Assembly (NCBI GenBank): GCA_003427395.1
Contig: BFEA01000023.1
Coordinates: 2,016,220 to 2,068,437, forward strand
DNA length: 52,218 bases
Source of the DNA: Chara braunii
Lineage: Eukaryota > Plantae > Charophyceae
Reading direction: 5' to 3'
Part shown: one piece after another, positions 36,417 through 49,100 of the stretch
How the letters are laid out: every line of letters begins with the position of its first letter
Numbering within the stretch: position 1 is the stretch's first letter
Position numbers and translations under genes: made by a program
The notes under the pieces: model-generated
Told to the model about the DNA's origin: nothing
The model's input: only the letters and a program-made list of their open reading frames with translations
Databases searched by the model: none

Positions 36417-37958
36417 ATGCTCCGATCTATTCGTGGGGAGCAACACGTGCTGGCAACCGGGCCCAGCGTCCCATGTAGAATATACAAATGATTTGAAATA
36501 CCAGGGCCTTTGGGCGCACTAATGAATTATTTTTGCATGGGGGGGGGTTGGGGTTTTAAGGAGGAGAGCTAGGGGCTTCACAAGGTGGGGGGTGAAATGC
36601 CCTGGAGGGAGTGGGGGCATATTTTTGGGGGATGCCCTATTCTGGGGTTGGGAGAGATGTATGGGTTGGCATCATATCCCAGCGGAGGCAGATAGGGGTG
36701 AGGGGTTGGCTGAGGCATACTTTATGTGGAAATGGATGCCTTAGTGGAAGTTGGGGGAGAAGGCGGGTATGTCCCAAGTTGGGGCCGATAAGGAGAGCTT
36801 GTGATCAGGGCAGTCCTTTTCGGTGGAGGCAGTGGAGGGACAGGGGGAGATGGAGGGCGGGTGGGGGGGGGGATAATCCACATAAACGTCCAGAATTTTG
36901 ATTCTCCTCTTAAGCACAAACAAATTATTTCCAATGGGGTGGTGGGTTGGTTCTGGGGGGGAGAGCTCTACTCTGCAAGGCCTTCACAAAGAGGGAGGTG
37001 ATTGCCCTGAAGGGAGACGGGGCAGATTTTGGGGGATGCTCTATTCTGGGGTTGGGGGAGATGTATGGGTCGGCATCATATCCCAGCGGTGGCAGACAAG
37101 GGCAAGGGGTCGGCAGAGGCATACTTTGGGTGGGAACTGGATGCCTTTGTGGGAGTAGGGGGGGGAACGGGTCTGTCCCAGGTTGGGGCCGATGAGGAGT
37201 GTCCATGATCAGAGGCGGTCCTTTTTGGTGAAGACAGCGGTGGGGCATGGGGACGAGGGGGACAAGGGGGAATTTCTATATCCTTTGTTTGTATTTGGTG
37301 GGACTTTTCCTGATTCTTTCTGGTTATTCCTGGTAGTTTGAAGAATCTCTTGGGACTCTGAGGATCTGTTGGTGGTTTGTACAAAGCTGCACTGGAATTA
37401 GACTGTTATATTCAGGATCCGTGGTTGTTCAATGTCAGAACAACGCTGGCTGGAGCCGGGGTGATGCTCTGTAACTTGTCGAAGGTGAGGGCATGAGGCC
37501 TTGTGGAGAGATCTGGGGATGCTATGCGGGGGCATCCTAAGGGACAGTTGGGAGTTGCTGACACAGGACGACACTGGCCGGAGCTGGAGTGAGTCGTGTT
37601 GCTCTGTATCCTAGCAGATAGGGGGCGTGAGGCCTGAATGAGTTTGTAAGAGAATAAGTCAGTTTTAGTGAGCTTTGTTACGATCTGTTGGAAATCCCTT
37701 AGATACTCGAGTATTCCGTAAATTGCGGTGGACTTCAGGAGGTGTTTAGCGATCATTAAAAAGGATTCGTAGTCTTCTCATCATCTATCCTGAAGTCCAG
37801 TAGCTTGTTCACGATCTTGGAGGATACTCTCAAAGCTGAAACCGGGTAAATGGCCCCGGCACGTCGATTGGTTCACAATTTTTTTTGTACATGTCTTCAT
37901 ATGGGACGCTGGGCCTGATTCCCAGCACGTGCTGCTCCCCACGAATAGACTGGAGCAT
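36417..37958. mobile_element. 1.5-kb non-autonomous TIR element with ~58-bp TIRs and an internal ~400-bp tandem duplication
   Basis: Left end ATGCTCCGATCTATTCGTGGGGAGCAACACGTGCTGGCAACCGGGCCCAGCGTCCCAT; right end 37901-37958 is its reverse complement with few mismatches. Internal duplicate at about 36563-36870 and 36960-37270. Confidence 0.75.
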
Positions 37959-38107
37959 GTTTTCAAAAAAAAAAGAAAAAAAAAAAGGGTGGTCGGTACA
38001 CACTTTCATCGACGTGCCAGCGTCTGTGAAAATGCACGTTGCAGCACGAGAGCAACTAGCAAGCCCCAAGTCTTCACTGAGCCATGGTGAATGACAGAGG
38101 GTGGGCC

Positions 38108-38146
38108 AGTGTGGTAGCTCAGTTGGTTAGAGCTCTGACGCCTTAA
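38108..38146 (+). pseudogene. tRNA 5'-half fragment (D arm / A box only)
   Basis: GGTAGCTCAGTTGGTTAGAGC is a canonical D arm. No anticodon stem, T arm or acceptor 3' strand follows. Confidence 0.6.
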
Positions 38147-39326
38147 CCATCATAACCACACCCCACGCCTCCCCCACGAGCCCCAACCCCACGCCCGCCT
38201 CCTCCGCTCGTCCCGCCGCCGCTTAGAAATATCTCGTTCTGGACCAAGAAACTCGAGCAAGCAGACCTGCAAGTCAAGTCCCTCAATGTCAATGGTCTCA
38301 TGATGGCAAACCTACAGAAAATAACCGCGATATGGAATGAGATCAGACACCCAGGTTCCAAGACGTGGTCGGGTGGAGTGTGCATTCAAGAGACTCATCT
38401 GTTACACAGCCACAACCCCGAGGCCAAACACATACAAATATGGCCACACACAGCATATGGCGCCAGCAACGGCTAGAGCATCAACAGGGGTAGCCATATG
38501 GCTCCCCCCCTCGCCGAGGCTCCCTGAAAGCGACTATGGGGAAAGAGACCATTTGTACAACTAGCATCTATGGTCCGAATGACACCGCTGCCAGACTTCG
38601 ATTTTTGCAAAATATGACAAAAGTCATGCCAAAAGACTGTCTCCTGGTCATAGTTGGGGACTTCAATGTTACACGTGATCCAACTTTGGACAGACAATCT
38701 TCCTCCCAACAGCCGAATGTAGGGGTCATCATACTTAATCTGATCATGGTGGACATGCAACTGTGTGATATATACAGATTGCTTCATCCCACCATCAGGG
38801 CCTACACCTGTTTGAGATCAAGAGGAGAAGCGGGCTTGTTCAATTCCCGGATAGACTCTTCCTCATCTCGCAAGCCATTACTGGCCTGCTGACCATTGCA
38901 GAGATACAAACGATCAGCCCCTGTCGGTCATTTGACCTTTTTTTTTTTTTAATTATTATTAAACGCCCCCATTTGACCACAGGGGAATAGCGATGAAATT
39001 ATTGTTCCCTCAAAACCTATCCCGCGGCCCCAGTTTTTACAAGTTCAACACGCGTCTGCTCAAATTGCAAGCGTTGTACCATCTCATGGACGAATTCTGG
39101 ACCTACCGGTCATCACGGAAAGACAACCACGCATCCCTAGTAGATTGGTTCAACGCTAGTGTGGCCAACCTCAGGGAGCGGGTTAAAAAATTCTCAATCA
39201 AACAAGCGAGAGATCGTAATGCCACCTTGGACAATCTGCTGCAAACAATCGAACAGTGGGACCAACAGATGCTGGAATAGCCGCTAGACCCACCCGGACG
39301 ATGCACTGACCCAGGCTAGATCTACT

Positions 39327-39526
39327 GAAAGCTTCTGGTCCAGGAACTCTGCACTACCCTGCATACAGCACCCTCGTGCAGGGCCCTGCAAGGCCTGCTC
39401 CTCAGATGGGAGGGGGAGCCACGACATGTGCACATGTAGGGTAGTGCAACGACTCTAGTTTTCTGGTGATTGGGTGGGGGCTACAACATTCACCTCTGAA
39501 AATGCAAAAATGCACAATGGGGGGAT
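39327..39526. mobile_element. 200-bp insert bounded by a 27-bp direct repeat within the LINE
   Basis: GATGCA(C/T)TGACCCAGGCTAGATCTACT at 39300-39326 and 39527-39553. Confidence 0.65.
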
Positions 39527-40411
39527 GATGCATTGACCCAGGCTAGATCTACTATGTGACATAACTTGTCAGCCTTACTTTCCCAACAGCAGAAAAAGGC
39601 CCTAAAAACATCCCTCTCACCACAAGAGATTTACACAACATTAAAAGCTATGGAGGACGAGAAAACCCCGGACTTGGATAGCTTCCTGAAGGAGTTCTGC
39701 CTGCACTTCTGGGACCATCCCAACCCGGATTTCATGGCGTAAATATATGCAGCCCAACAAGAAGGCCACTTTGGGGACCTTATGGGACAAGGGGTCACTA
39801 CATTGCTTTACAAGACGAGGGACCGATCATAAATTAGAAATTATCGCCCGATTACACTCCTCCGCCTCCTCTACAAAATGGGGGCAAAGGCATTATGTAA
39901 TAGACTCCTTCCTTGTATGCGCCACCTTATCCATATGGATCAGACAAGCTTCATGCCCCACCGAAACATTCAAGACAATGTCCTGCTGATCAATGAAACA
40001 ATCAAACACGCTAGACAGAGAAAATTGCAGGCGACAATCTTATTCATTGACTTTGAAAAAGCATACGACCATGTCGATTGACGATTTTTGGACCAGTGTT
40101 TGGACAAGATGAACTTCGGTCTCCATTCAGGCGCTGGGCCCACATACTCCACCACTCAGCAGCAACGAACATCATGCTAAATGGTCACCTATCTCCACCC
40201 TTTCCATTGGAAAGGTCTGTGCGACAGAGGGGACCCAATTGCCCCGCCCCTCTTCGTCATTGTAATGGAGTCCTTGGAAACACTCGTATGAGCCAACCCC
40301 GCTATCGAGAGGATCTCCATTCCGGAGCTCTCTGCACACAGAATACCGGTCATCGCATTATTTGTGGATGACCTCACCGTTCTCATTAAAGCCTCAATCC
40401 CCAACATGCAA

Positions 40412-40416
<5 letters not shown>

Positions 40417-40458
<42 letters not shown>

Positions 40459-40848
40459 CCAGAATCTAAGGAGGAGGATACGAAAAATTATGATCGTGCT
40501 ACAGGCCGGGAAGGACCCTATTGCCAGAACCGGGTCCATATGTTAGGGGCCAGATATACTGCTACTATACATTGGATCCTTCCCCATCTTGCCATCGCAA
40601 CTCGTGGATGATAGCTAGAACATGCCTGCTAGCATTGATTGCTCTGGTAACCAGAGGATTAACTGAGCAGGTAAAGAAGTGTCTTGAACCGTGGGCGTGG
40701 TCAGGAATCCGGGAGGAGCCACCGGGGGGCACCAGTGGGTTGTCCTTCCATCTTCATGTCTTGGAAACCTGCCCTTCATCGTCTGTTCCAATGAAAAAAG
40801 CAGCAACAGCGCAGCCAAACACCCGGTGCCAGCGCAATAGCGCAACCA
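40417..40848 (-). mobile_element. Retroposed insert (SINE or truncated LINE or mRNA) with poly(A) tail and 14-bp TSD
   Basis: TSD AACATGCAAGCCTT at 40403-40416 and 40849-40862; T run of about 44 nt at the left end. The LINE RT frame rejoins when the insert is removed (SIPNMQA|FAHTIPIF). Confidence 0.85.
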
Positions 40849-42554
40849 AACATGCAAGCCTTCGCACACACGATACCCATTTTTTCCATAGCAGTAGACA
40901 TGAAGGTCAACTGGGGTGCTAAAACGGAGGGTTGGTGGCTCCACAATGCAAACCTGCCTCCACCTGAGGAACCTTCAGTCAACTGGCGGGCGTAGGAGGA
41001 GGCCATCTGCATCCTAGAAATCAGATTCACAGCTTTGGCCCCCCCTAAGGACCACGGGGACCATTTGGTCCAAATAGCAATACGAACAATGACCAAATGG
41101 AAAGGCCTGCACACATCCATAGTTGGCAGAGCCCTTGCCATCAATAACGCAATCCTGTCAACAAGACAACGTTTTGGACCTTTCTTCCGCGACAAGTGAA
41201 TCACCTAAAGACAACGATAGCAGCATACCTATGGGGGAACGATCACGAGCTAACATCTTGCATCAAACGAGTGGCCTGGGCCCAAGTGGCCCAAGCAAGA
41301 GCTAAAGGTGCCCTAACAATTATAGATCCTGAATACCATATCAAATCCATAGTCAGGTTGTTGATGGCCAATGACATCCCATGGGCTCCTTTGGCCTATA
41401 TCCAACTGGCCTGTTTAGCGTCGATATCAATGCACGATAAGCCAGTCCACCCACTAGCCTGGCTTACAAACCCAGCTTGATCAATACCTGCACCCCCGAT
41501 GACAGATGTGGGGGACAGCTACGACATGGCAGCCAAAGAAGATCTGGCCAGTGACCCTATGTGGGCCTCCCTGGTGGACCTATGGAGGGACATAAGACCT
41601 GTAAAATCCCCGCCTCCATCAAAGTGGCATCAGGTTTGGAGGCAACCGTGGTTCGGGAACCCCACATTGTGGACTCGCAAGGAAGGCCCTTCTCCATTAT
41701 GCAAGGGTCACATTGACTGTCCTGAGTGAAGAAAGGGATCTTCTCCCTGGGTGACCTATGAGATACACCTGAAGGCAAATGGAAGAACGCTTCGCAACTC
41801 TGGTCAACGCTAAGAAACATTAAAAATTTGGAGGGCAGACTCATTACCCTTCAGGAAGCTGTTCTGATTGCGTGCCTCCGGACCCTCAAACATGCCCCGA
41901 GGATCATGCTAGAAGACTGGGCCGTCCCTGTGACAACCCTCCCCTTCCCGATGGTCATATACAAGGTGGGCAACTGCATGACATATCAGGCGGAGCTGGA
42001 GGCCTACGAACCAGAACTCCCGGGGGCTTACTTGACCCTTCCAAAAAGAAATGCAGACCTGGATACCCAACATTGCCAACAACCCTTGACGCCCTTATCA
42101 GGGTGAGGGTGTTGGGAGATGACAAATACGACTGGTATGGGTACGAATCATCAATTTCCCTCTCCCAGTTCCCCTTTGACCCGACATAATGGCACTGGGA
42201 GGGTGACAAACCACTCTCCCTATGAAAATTTACAGTTAAGGACTGCTACAGGAGAACACATAAGATGACGGACACCACATACATAGTAAAACAATGATGG
42301 AAAAAAGACTCTACTCTCACGGCCCAGAAAATCGAACAGATCTCCTGGTCCCGCTATGCACGACTGATGCCCACATCCCGCAGGGCGTTGCAATGGCATA
42401 TCTTATACAGATGCCTGCCAACGCCGGACTGGGTGGTGTCCAAATCACAATTGTCTACCGCATGGGCACAGGGAACGCAACCCTAAGGTAGTCGAAGCAA
42501 TGAGACTAAGAGCGCACACGAGCGAGCGAGCGAGAGATAGATAGATAGATAGAT

Positions 42555-42629
<75 letters not shown>

Positions 42630-42830
42630 NNNNNNNNNNNNNNNNNNNNNNNNNNNNNNNNNNNNNNNNNNNNNNNNNNNNNNNNNNNNNNNNNNNNNNN
42701 NNNNNNNNNNNNNNNNNNNNNNNNNNNNNNNNNNNNNNNNNNNNNNNNNNNNNNNNNNNNNNNNNNNNNNNNNNNNNNNNNNNNNNNNNNNNNNNNNNNN
42801 NNNNNNNNNNNNNNNNNNNNNNNNNNNNNN

Positions 42831-43530
42831 CAAAATTGAAATATGGGTCAAATTGCGGCCGCGATCTATTTCACAGTTGGAATTATTTTTTAAAATTTAT
42901 TGAGTGTTTTTCTTGGAAAGATCACAACAAAATCTACGAGTACTCCAATTTTCAAGTTTTTTCATGCATTCTTTTGAGCGTGAAAACTCACTGAATTTGG
43001 AGTACTTTTTTAGTTGGCCCACACATGGGTGAGTGGCAAAAATTGAAAATGTGCCGAATTGGCGTGATGATTATTTTGCAGTATCAATGATTTTTTGAAA
43101 ATGTTCTAATATTATGCATGAAAAGAACACGACCTCGTCTATGGATTCTCAAAATTTCAGATTTTTCTGCATGTTCGTCTGGGCACAAAAAATCATCAAA
43201 GTTGCCTCTTGCAAAACGCCTGTTTCGTTGTGCCTGACCTCCCTGTTTTAAGAAGACGGGGATCAACGCCTGGGCCTGAGGGCCCTTTTGCAATTCACAT
43301 GCCCTCGTTTCTTTTTGGGGTCCGCTTCTACCCGAGGACCGGTCCAACGCCCCCCACTTCTTTTTGGGGTCCCCTACCACCTGAGGACCGGTCCTTCCTT
43401 TTCCAAAAGTCCCAGTTCTACCAGAGCTAGCTGTAGGTAGTCTGCAATTTTGCCAAGGACCGGTCCCCCAAAATGTTTGCCCCCTAATAACCCACTTTGC
43501 GTCCTGGTCGCCCGCCGGCGAAATGTGACA
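42831..43530 (-). mobile_element. Foreign insert in the LINE, possibly an LTR fragment
   Basis: Non-LINE sequence that interrupts the zf-RVT region. It begins TGTCACA on the - strand. The other end is lost in (GA)n and an N gap. Confidence 0.35.
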
Positions 43531-45870
43531 CCTTGACACAGATGCCGAAGCCCACTATACCGCAGCCGTAGGGCTGCGAATTAGAGCAAAAAGGTATGTT
43601 GTCACCCATCTGTACCTACTGCAGTAAATTAACTCCGAAGCAAATCGCAGATTTGGAACACTGCCGCCTTTTCTGCCCGATGGCAAAGCAAATATGGCAG
43701 TGGTGGACTTCTGCATGGTTCTACCTTACAGAAGTTACAAGGCAGGACTTCCCATGGGAACCGGCGGTTATATTACTAGGCTAGCTGCCCGACAATGGAC
43801 GAGTATGGACACCATTCCAGGTGAACCTCTTCTCGCTCACCAGGCTGGGAATATTGACGACAACCTGGCAAGCCAGGTGTTCTCACGAACGGAAAGAGCA
43901 TCTGCTCGGATACCAGCAAGGCAAATCACACATAATTGACACTATCCGAGCTCCCATCCACAACACTTGGACTCAACTAAAAGACAACCTAGCTCAAACG
44001 AAGGACCAGCTTCAGAAAACAGAACAAATAGTTCTCTTCGAGTAGCTATGGCTGAATCCGGAGAAGAAATTGGGGGAACTTGACACATCGCATCGCATGC
44101 TGTGGAAGCCCTGTTGTCAGGACGAGCCTTGGTGGCAGTGGAAACCGCTCTCGGTCGCCCATCGCCCGATATCGGGCCACCCCCTGCTGCCCCTTCTCAG
44201 CCCCACACAACAGTCCCCTCCATGCCTCCACACAGATGTGCATCACCTTATCCTGTCTCCTCCAATACCTCCAAGACCTCTAAGACCTCCAAGACCTTCA
44301 ATNNNNNNNNNNNNNNNNNNNNNNNNNNNNNNNNNNNNNNNNNNNNNNNNNNNNNNNNNNNNNNNNNNNNNNNNNNNNNNNNNNNNNNNNNNNNNNNNNN
44401 NNNNNNNNNNNNNNNNNNNNNNNNNNNNNNNNNNNNNNNNNNNNNNNNNNNNNNNNNNNNNNNNNNNNNNNNNNNNNNNNNNNNNNNNNNNNNNNNNNNN
44501 NNNNNNNNCCATGCTCACCCCTGTGACGAGTTACTTCCCGAACCCATGCTATCTATCGTACCCCTGTTAAAAACCCATTTCGTTTTCTTCTTTTCGAATG
44601 TCGCATTTCCTTTTTTTTTTGGAAGCTTTTTCCGATTTTCGGGTTCTGTTTTTCCTTTTTGCAAGTCGGGAAATACATGGGAATTTACGTGCGCCTTAGC
44701 GAGCGCACGAGGAATTGGGCCCGACAGTTGGGAATTCCGGGATAAGCGGAACATCGACGTGTCCTTTTCGTATGTGTGAATGTTCTTGGTCGCGTCGGGG
44801 AAAACTCTCGGAATTTTGCGTGAATACGAATAGGCGTAGGATTTTCTTTTCCCGCATCGCTTTTTCGCGCGCGGATATGGTGATTTCAATTTTGAATTAG
44901 GATAGAAGCAAGTTGTAACTCTTTCGGTGCGTTTTTCTCTTTTTTTGTTGACGACGCCGCGTATGCAAGCTTTCTCCTCTCTGTCCCCCGGATCGCTCCC
45001 TCCCGCGCCTCCTTTCCCTTCTCCCTCCTTTTTCTCTCTCCCCGTAATTGTTTTCCTTTTCTCCCTCTCTCCCTCCCGCCTTGCTTTTTGCGCGCCCATT
45101 TCCCTTCTTGATCGTCTGAATCTTGGACCCGTCTTGCGCTACGTCTCGCGCCTTTTCTCTTCTCACCCTCTGTGTCTGGCGCACGACGCCCGGTCGATCC
45201 ATCGATAACTCCCGCTCGCCAATCGGGTTCGTGGATCAATAGGACCCTCCTATTGCGCGACGAATCTGATTGGTTGAACTTCGAGTTCCGAGGGATCAAC
45301 ATGACGCTCGCAGAGCACTCTTCTCAAAGTCTTCTCCTCCTGCTTCTCCTTTCACCCCTCAGCTTTCCCTTCGCTTTCTCCCCCTTCTATCTCCCTTGTC
45401 GCAACTATAAAACCCGCAAGCGCGTCTGCAAAGCTCTCTTACGTTCTCGACTCCTAAGCCAGCTTCCGGGAAGCAGTGGCTAGGCAGAGTGGGTTGATGC
45501 GAGTCGGAAAGTCCTGTCGGGCTGACGATAGGCTGGCCGGTTGCACACTTGATCGCCACGACGGACTGTGGGATCCGAGCGAACCGTGTCGAGTTCACGA
45601 CAGCGGGGTGACGATCGCAACGGTGGGAGTTAGCACGTGACGACCGGGATCGTCGGTGTGGGTGTGAGGATCGATGATTAGAGTTGAGTGAATGATTGGC
45701 CCGGGGCCATATTGGAATTAACGGCGAATGCGCCTTTGTTGTTGCGGATCTTTGTCTTTGGCGTGAGTATGCGGCGGCTATGCCGAATGTCTCTCTTCCA
45801 GATTTGATCATCCCCTATCTCGACTCTCCTCCCTCATCTCCCCCCTCTCTTCTCTACTTGGCAATAATGC

Positions 45871-45908
45871 CTGTCTCTTATACACATCTAGATGTGTATA
45901 AGAGACAG
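45871..45908. other. Nextera mate-pair junction adapter (head-to-head Tn5 mosaic ends); assembly artefact
   Basis: Exact CTGTCTCTTATACACATCT-AGATGTGTATAAGAGACAG, flanked by a ~160-bp duplication (45709-45869 / 45909-46069). Confidence 0.98.
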
Positions 45909-46549
45909 ATATTGGAATTAACGGCGAATGCGCCTTTGTTGTTGCGGATCTTTGTCTTTGGCGTGAGTATGCGGCGGCTACGCCGAATGTCTCTCTTCCA
46001 GATTTGATCATCCCCTATCTCGACTCTCCTCCCTAATCTCCCCCCTCTCTTCTCTACTTTGGAATAATGATGTGTCTCGACGTTTGTCTCTCTCTCTCTT
46101 CTCTTTGATAGGAATGAATCTATGTGTCCTCCTTGTGCGAAAGAACTTCTTCCGGAACTCTTCCATTAGTTTCCTGGACAATCCTCCTATGCAAGGACCC
46201 CGTCTTCTTGTCATGTGAACGGTGGATGCGTGTGTACTGTGCAATGCGATCCATCTTTCCCTGTGCATGTCTCATTTTCGCACCTTCCACAGTGAATGTA
46301 TGTATGGAGACATGTGACTCTTCTTGATTAGACGATTGTCGTCGGGATCTCGTTCGAGAATGCAAGAGTGTTTAGATCTGTAGTTTCGGATGCACTGCAC
46401 ATGCCATCTGCATTATACTGCACGACATCAGCAGCTAAGCCACCGAGAGGCCTTGAGAAACAAGGCGCCGGGGACCACTTTGTGTTGGCTCACTAAAACT
46501 GAGTCGCGGGTCGGTCCCTTAGCCATATGCATGATCAAGCGGATGCGTG

Positions 46550-46595
<46 letters not shown>

Positions 46596-47424
46596 TCAAA
46601 AAGGATTGATTGGAGGATGCGTGAGTGTTTCCTGATAACGTTTCGAGATATTTGCGGTTGATTGATATGTGGACTGACGAGCACCCTTCGATCGNGCGCC
46701 AGCCTCCNGTATTTCCNCTCTNAACACNACCTTTTCCCTACANCGAGGAAAGGACACGTGTATGCGAGTGGGACGTACGAGAAGCCGTNGCACAAATCGG
46801 CGGGCAATATTACTTCCCTCCGGCNAACCGTTGTTCANGGTTCNTAGATGNTGGGTTTGTCATTATCGATACGCACTTTCCACCCTACTCGATATTGTTG
46901 CCATTTAACGAGTTGATCGTCATCCCGTGGACGGCAGTAGAGCCCCATTGGCCTCNAACCCTNTGNACGGAGTGCCAGCGCTTCGATCACTACGAAGCGA
47001 AGGNTTTCCACTANCGAATACGGAGTGAAGACGAGCATAAGGAAAGAGCCACGCGGCTGAGACCATCCACGTCGGACTCATAACTGACCAGCGAACGACG
47101 TCGAGATTTGATACGGAAACGGGACACGCGAAGCGTACCAAAGCCCTTCCGCTCTAAACAACGGGCCGTGGCACGGTGGGAAGCCCGACAATACTTTTGG
47201 ATTGAATTTGGATTTTTCTCTCTTCGCGCCTTGCCCGCGCGCGCATTCTGCGACGCGCGAAAGCAATCGACTTGCTTCATCGGACCAACACGGGGGATTT
47301 CAGTTTCGTTTGTGTCCCCACACTCAATTTCCAAAAATCCTTGGTACACCCCATGTTGCTGTTTTTCTGGGCCTTTTTTCGCACGTCTCACACTCCGAAC
47401 GAAAGACAGCACAGGGCGTGAGGT

Positions 47425-47437
47425 TGGTATCGGAGCC
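47425..47437 (+). promoter_or_regulatory. Primer-binding site for initiator tRNA-Met
   Basis: TGGTATCGGAGCC, one mismatch from the canonical TGGTATCAGAGC, just upstream of the coding remnants. Confidence 0.8.
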
Positions 47438-47679
47438 GACACGTGTCGGTTCTGATGATAGTAAGTCGAACTGGCGAGAGGTAGGAGAGGCCCTCAACTA
47501 ACTCGTCGGGATCGTCCAGTGACCAGGTCTCAGTCTGGTGCGGCTGCACCCGGAATACCAATGGTGGACGGTACTAGGTTGATCGTTAGCATCCCTGCCC
47601 CCTTCCCCTTCTTCCCTAACCATACCCATCCCGAGGCTTGGCTAGGAGCTGTCGAAGCTCAAAACTACAACGCAGCCGA

Positions 47680-49030
47680 TCTTTCCAGCGTACTCGCCAG
47701 CTCAAAGAGCGGCCGCTTTTCAGCGGATTAAGGAGTTTGAAGCTAATGGACGGATCGAACCCGCTATAGGTCCATGGTCTTTCCCTGTAGTGATCGTGCC
47801 TAAAAAGGCCGGAGGGATTCGCATTTGTATTGATTACCGAAAATTGAATGATATCACGATTAAAGATGTGTACCCTCTCCCCCGGATTGATGAGTTGTTG
47901 GATGCGATTGGGAGTGCTCGATTTTTCAGCAAGTTTGATGTTCGCCATGAGTTCCATCATCTTCTTGTCCGAGAGGAAGATCATCCGAAAACAGCGTTTG
48001 TGCTTTTCGAAGGTACGTGGCAGTGGATTCGATGTCCGATGGGTATCTGCAACACCCCCGCAACCTTTCAACGGGCCATGAACATGGCTTTTCAGAATTT
48101 CGTGAGGAAGACTCGTTTGGCGCAGAGTATCATCAACTACTGCGTGATTGTGTACATGGATGACATCTTGGTGTATTCAAGTTCCTACGAGGGACACGTG
48201 CAGCACATCGAATGGGAACTGCATGCGTTACGAGATGCGGGCTTCAAGGTGACGCTTGAGAAGTGTCAGTTTTTCCTCACCACCATTTCCTTCCTAGGGC
48301 ACGTGGTGACAGACAAGGGACTCCAACCGGAGCCGCAAAAGGTGGCAGCTGTCAGGGATGCGCCGGTGCCTACGACTATCACGCAAGTTCGCGCGTTTCT
48401 GGGCCTAGCCTCGTACTACCGAAGATTTATCAAGGGCTTCACGGCAATTGCGGGACCCCTCACAAATCTGTTGCGCAAGGATCAGCCGTTGATCTGGACG
48501 CCGGAGTGTGATCAAGCGTTTTCCAAACTCAAGGCCGCTCTCATTTCGGCTCCGGTCCTTATGTTCTCATCACTGACAGGCAACCAGAGGCGATTTCGGC
48601 GATCCTTGCCCAGGTGGGACCAAACGGACTCGAGAGTGTGGTGGAGTATGCGTCCAAATCGGTGCCCGCCTGCAAGCGCAACTACGCCGCTCCAACGGGG
48701 GAATGCTATGCGGCTCTCTGGGGAATCAGTCACTTTCGTGTTTACCTGTACGGGCGAAAATTCACCCTGGTGACTGATCATGAGCCCCTGTTGACTCTGA
48801 AGAAGTCGAAGGATTACTCGGGCATGATCGGGCGATGGGCAACGGTGCTGCAGAGCATGGACTTTGACATTCGTCATCGGAAGCACGAGAGACACAGGAA
48901 TGCGGACGGACTGACACGGCTGCACCGGCCTGAGAAAGTTCCGAAGAATGAGGAGGTGATTCCGTGGAACGAATCTGAACAGGAGATTGGACCCCGGTAC
49001 GGCCAAGTGGAGATTTTGTCGAAGCAGTAA
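47680..49030 (+). pseudogene. pol: Gypsy pol: reverse transcriptase plus RNase H (frameshift at about 48560)
   Basis: PWSFPVVIVPKKAGGIRICIDYRKLN, YPLPRIDELLD, VYMDDILV, FLGLASYYRRFI; RNase H motifs EYASK...NY...ECYA...LVTDH...NADGLTR. Confidence 0.95.
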
Positions 49031-49100
49031 GTGGCACGATGACTAATTTGTCTGTTCTTCTCTCTCCACAAGTCAGTCCCATCTCTCCTCCTCTGTCATC

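Larger units (their letters stand above)
38230..44300 (+). mobile_element. Decayed L1/Tx1-like LINE ORF2 (APE endonuclease, RT, zf-RVT) interrupted by insertions
   Basis: APE motifs SLNVNGL, IQETH, SIYGPN, VGDFN and SRID. RT motifs KTPGLD, NYRPITLL, FIDFEKAYDHVD and LFVDD. C-terminal CTYC...DLEHCRLFCP. Many stops and frameshifts. Homologous to the LINE at 31200-33700. Confidence 0.93.

Noticed and set aside
45871-45908. Natural Tn5/IS50 ends indicating horizontal transfer
   Set aside because: It is the exact synthetic mosaic-end mate-pair junction adapter.
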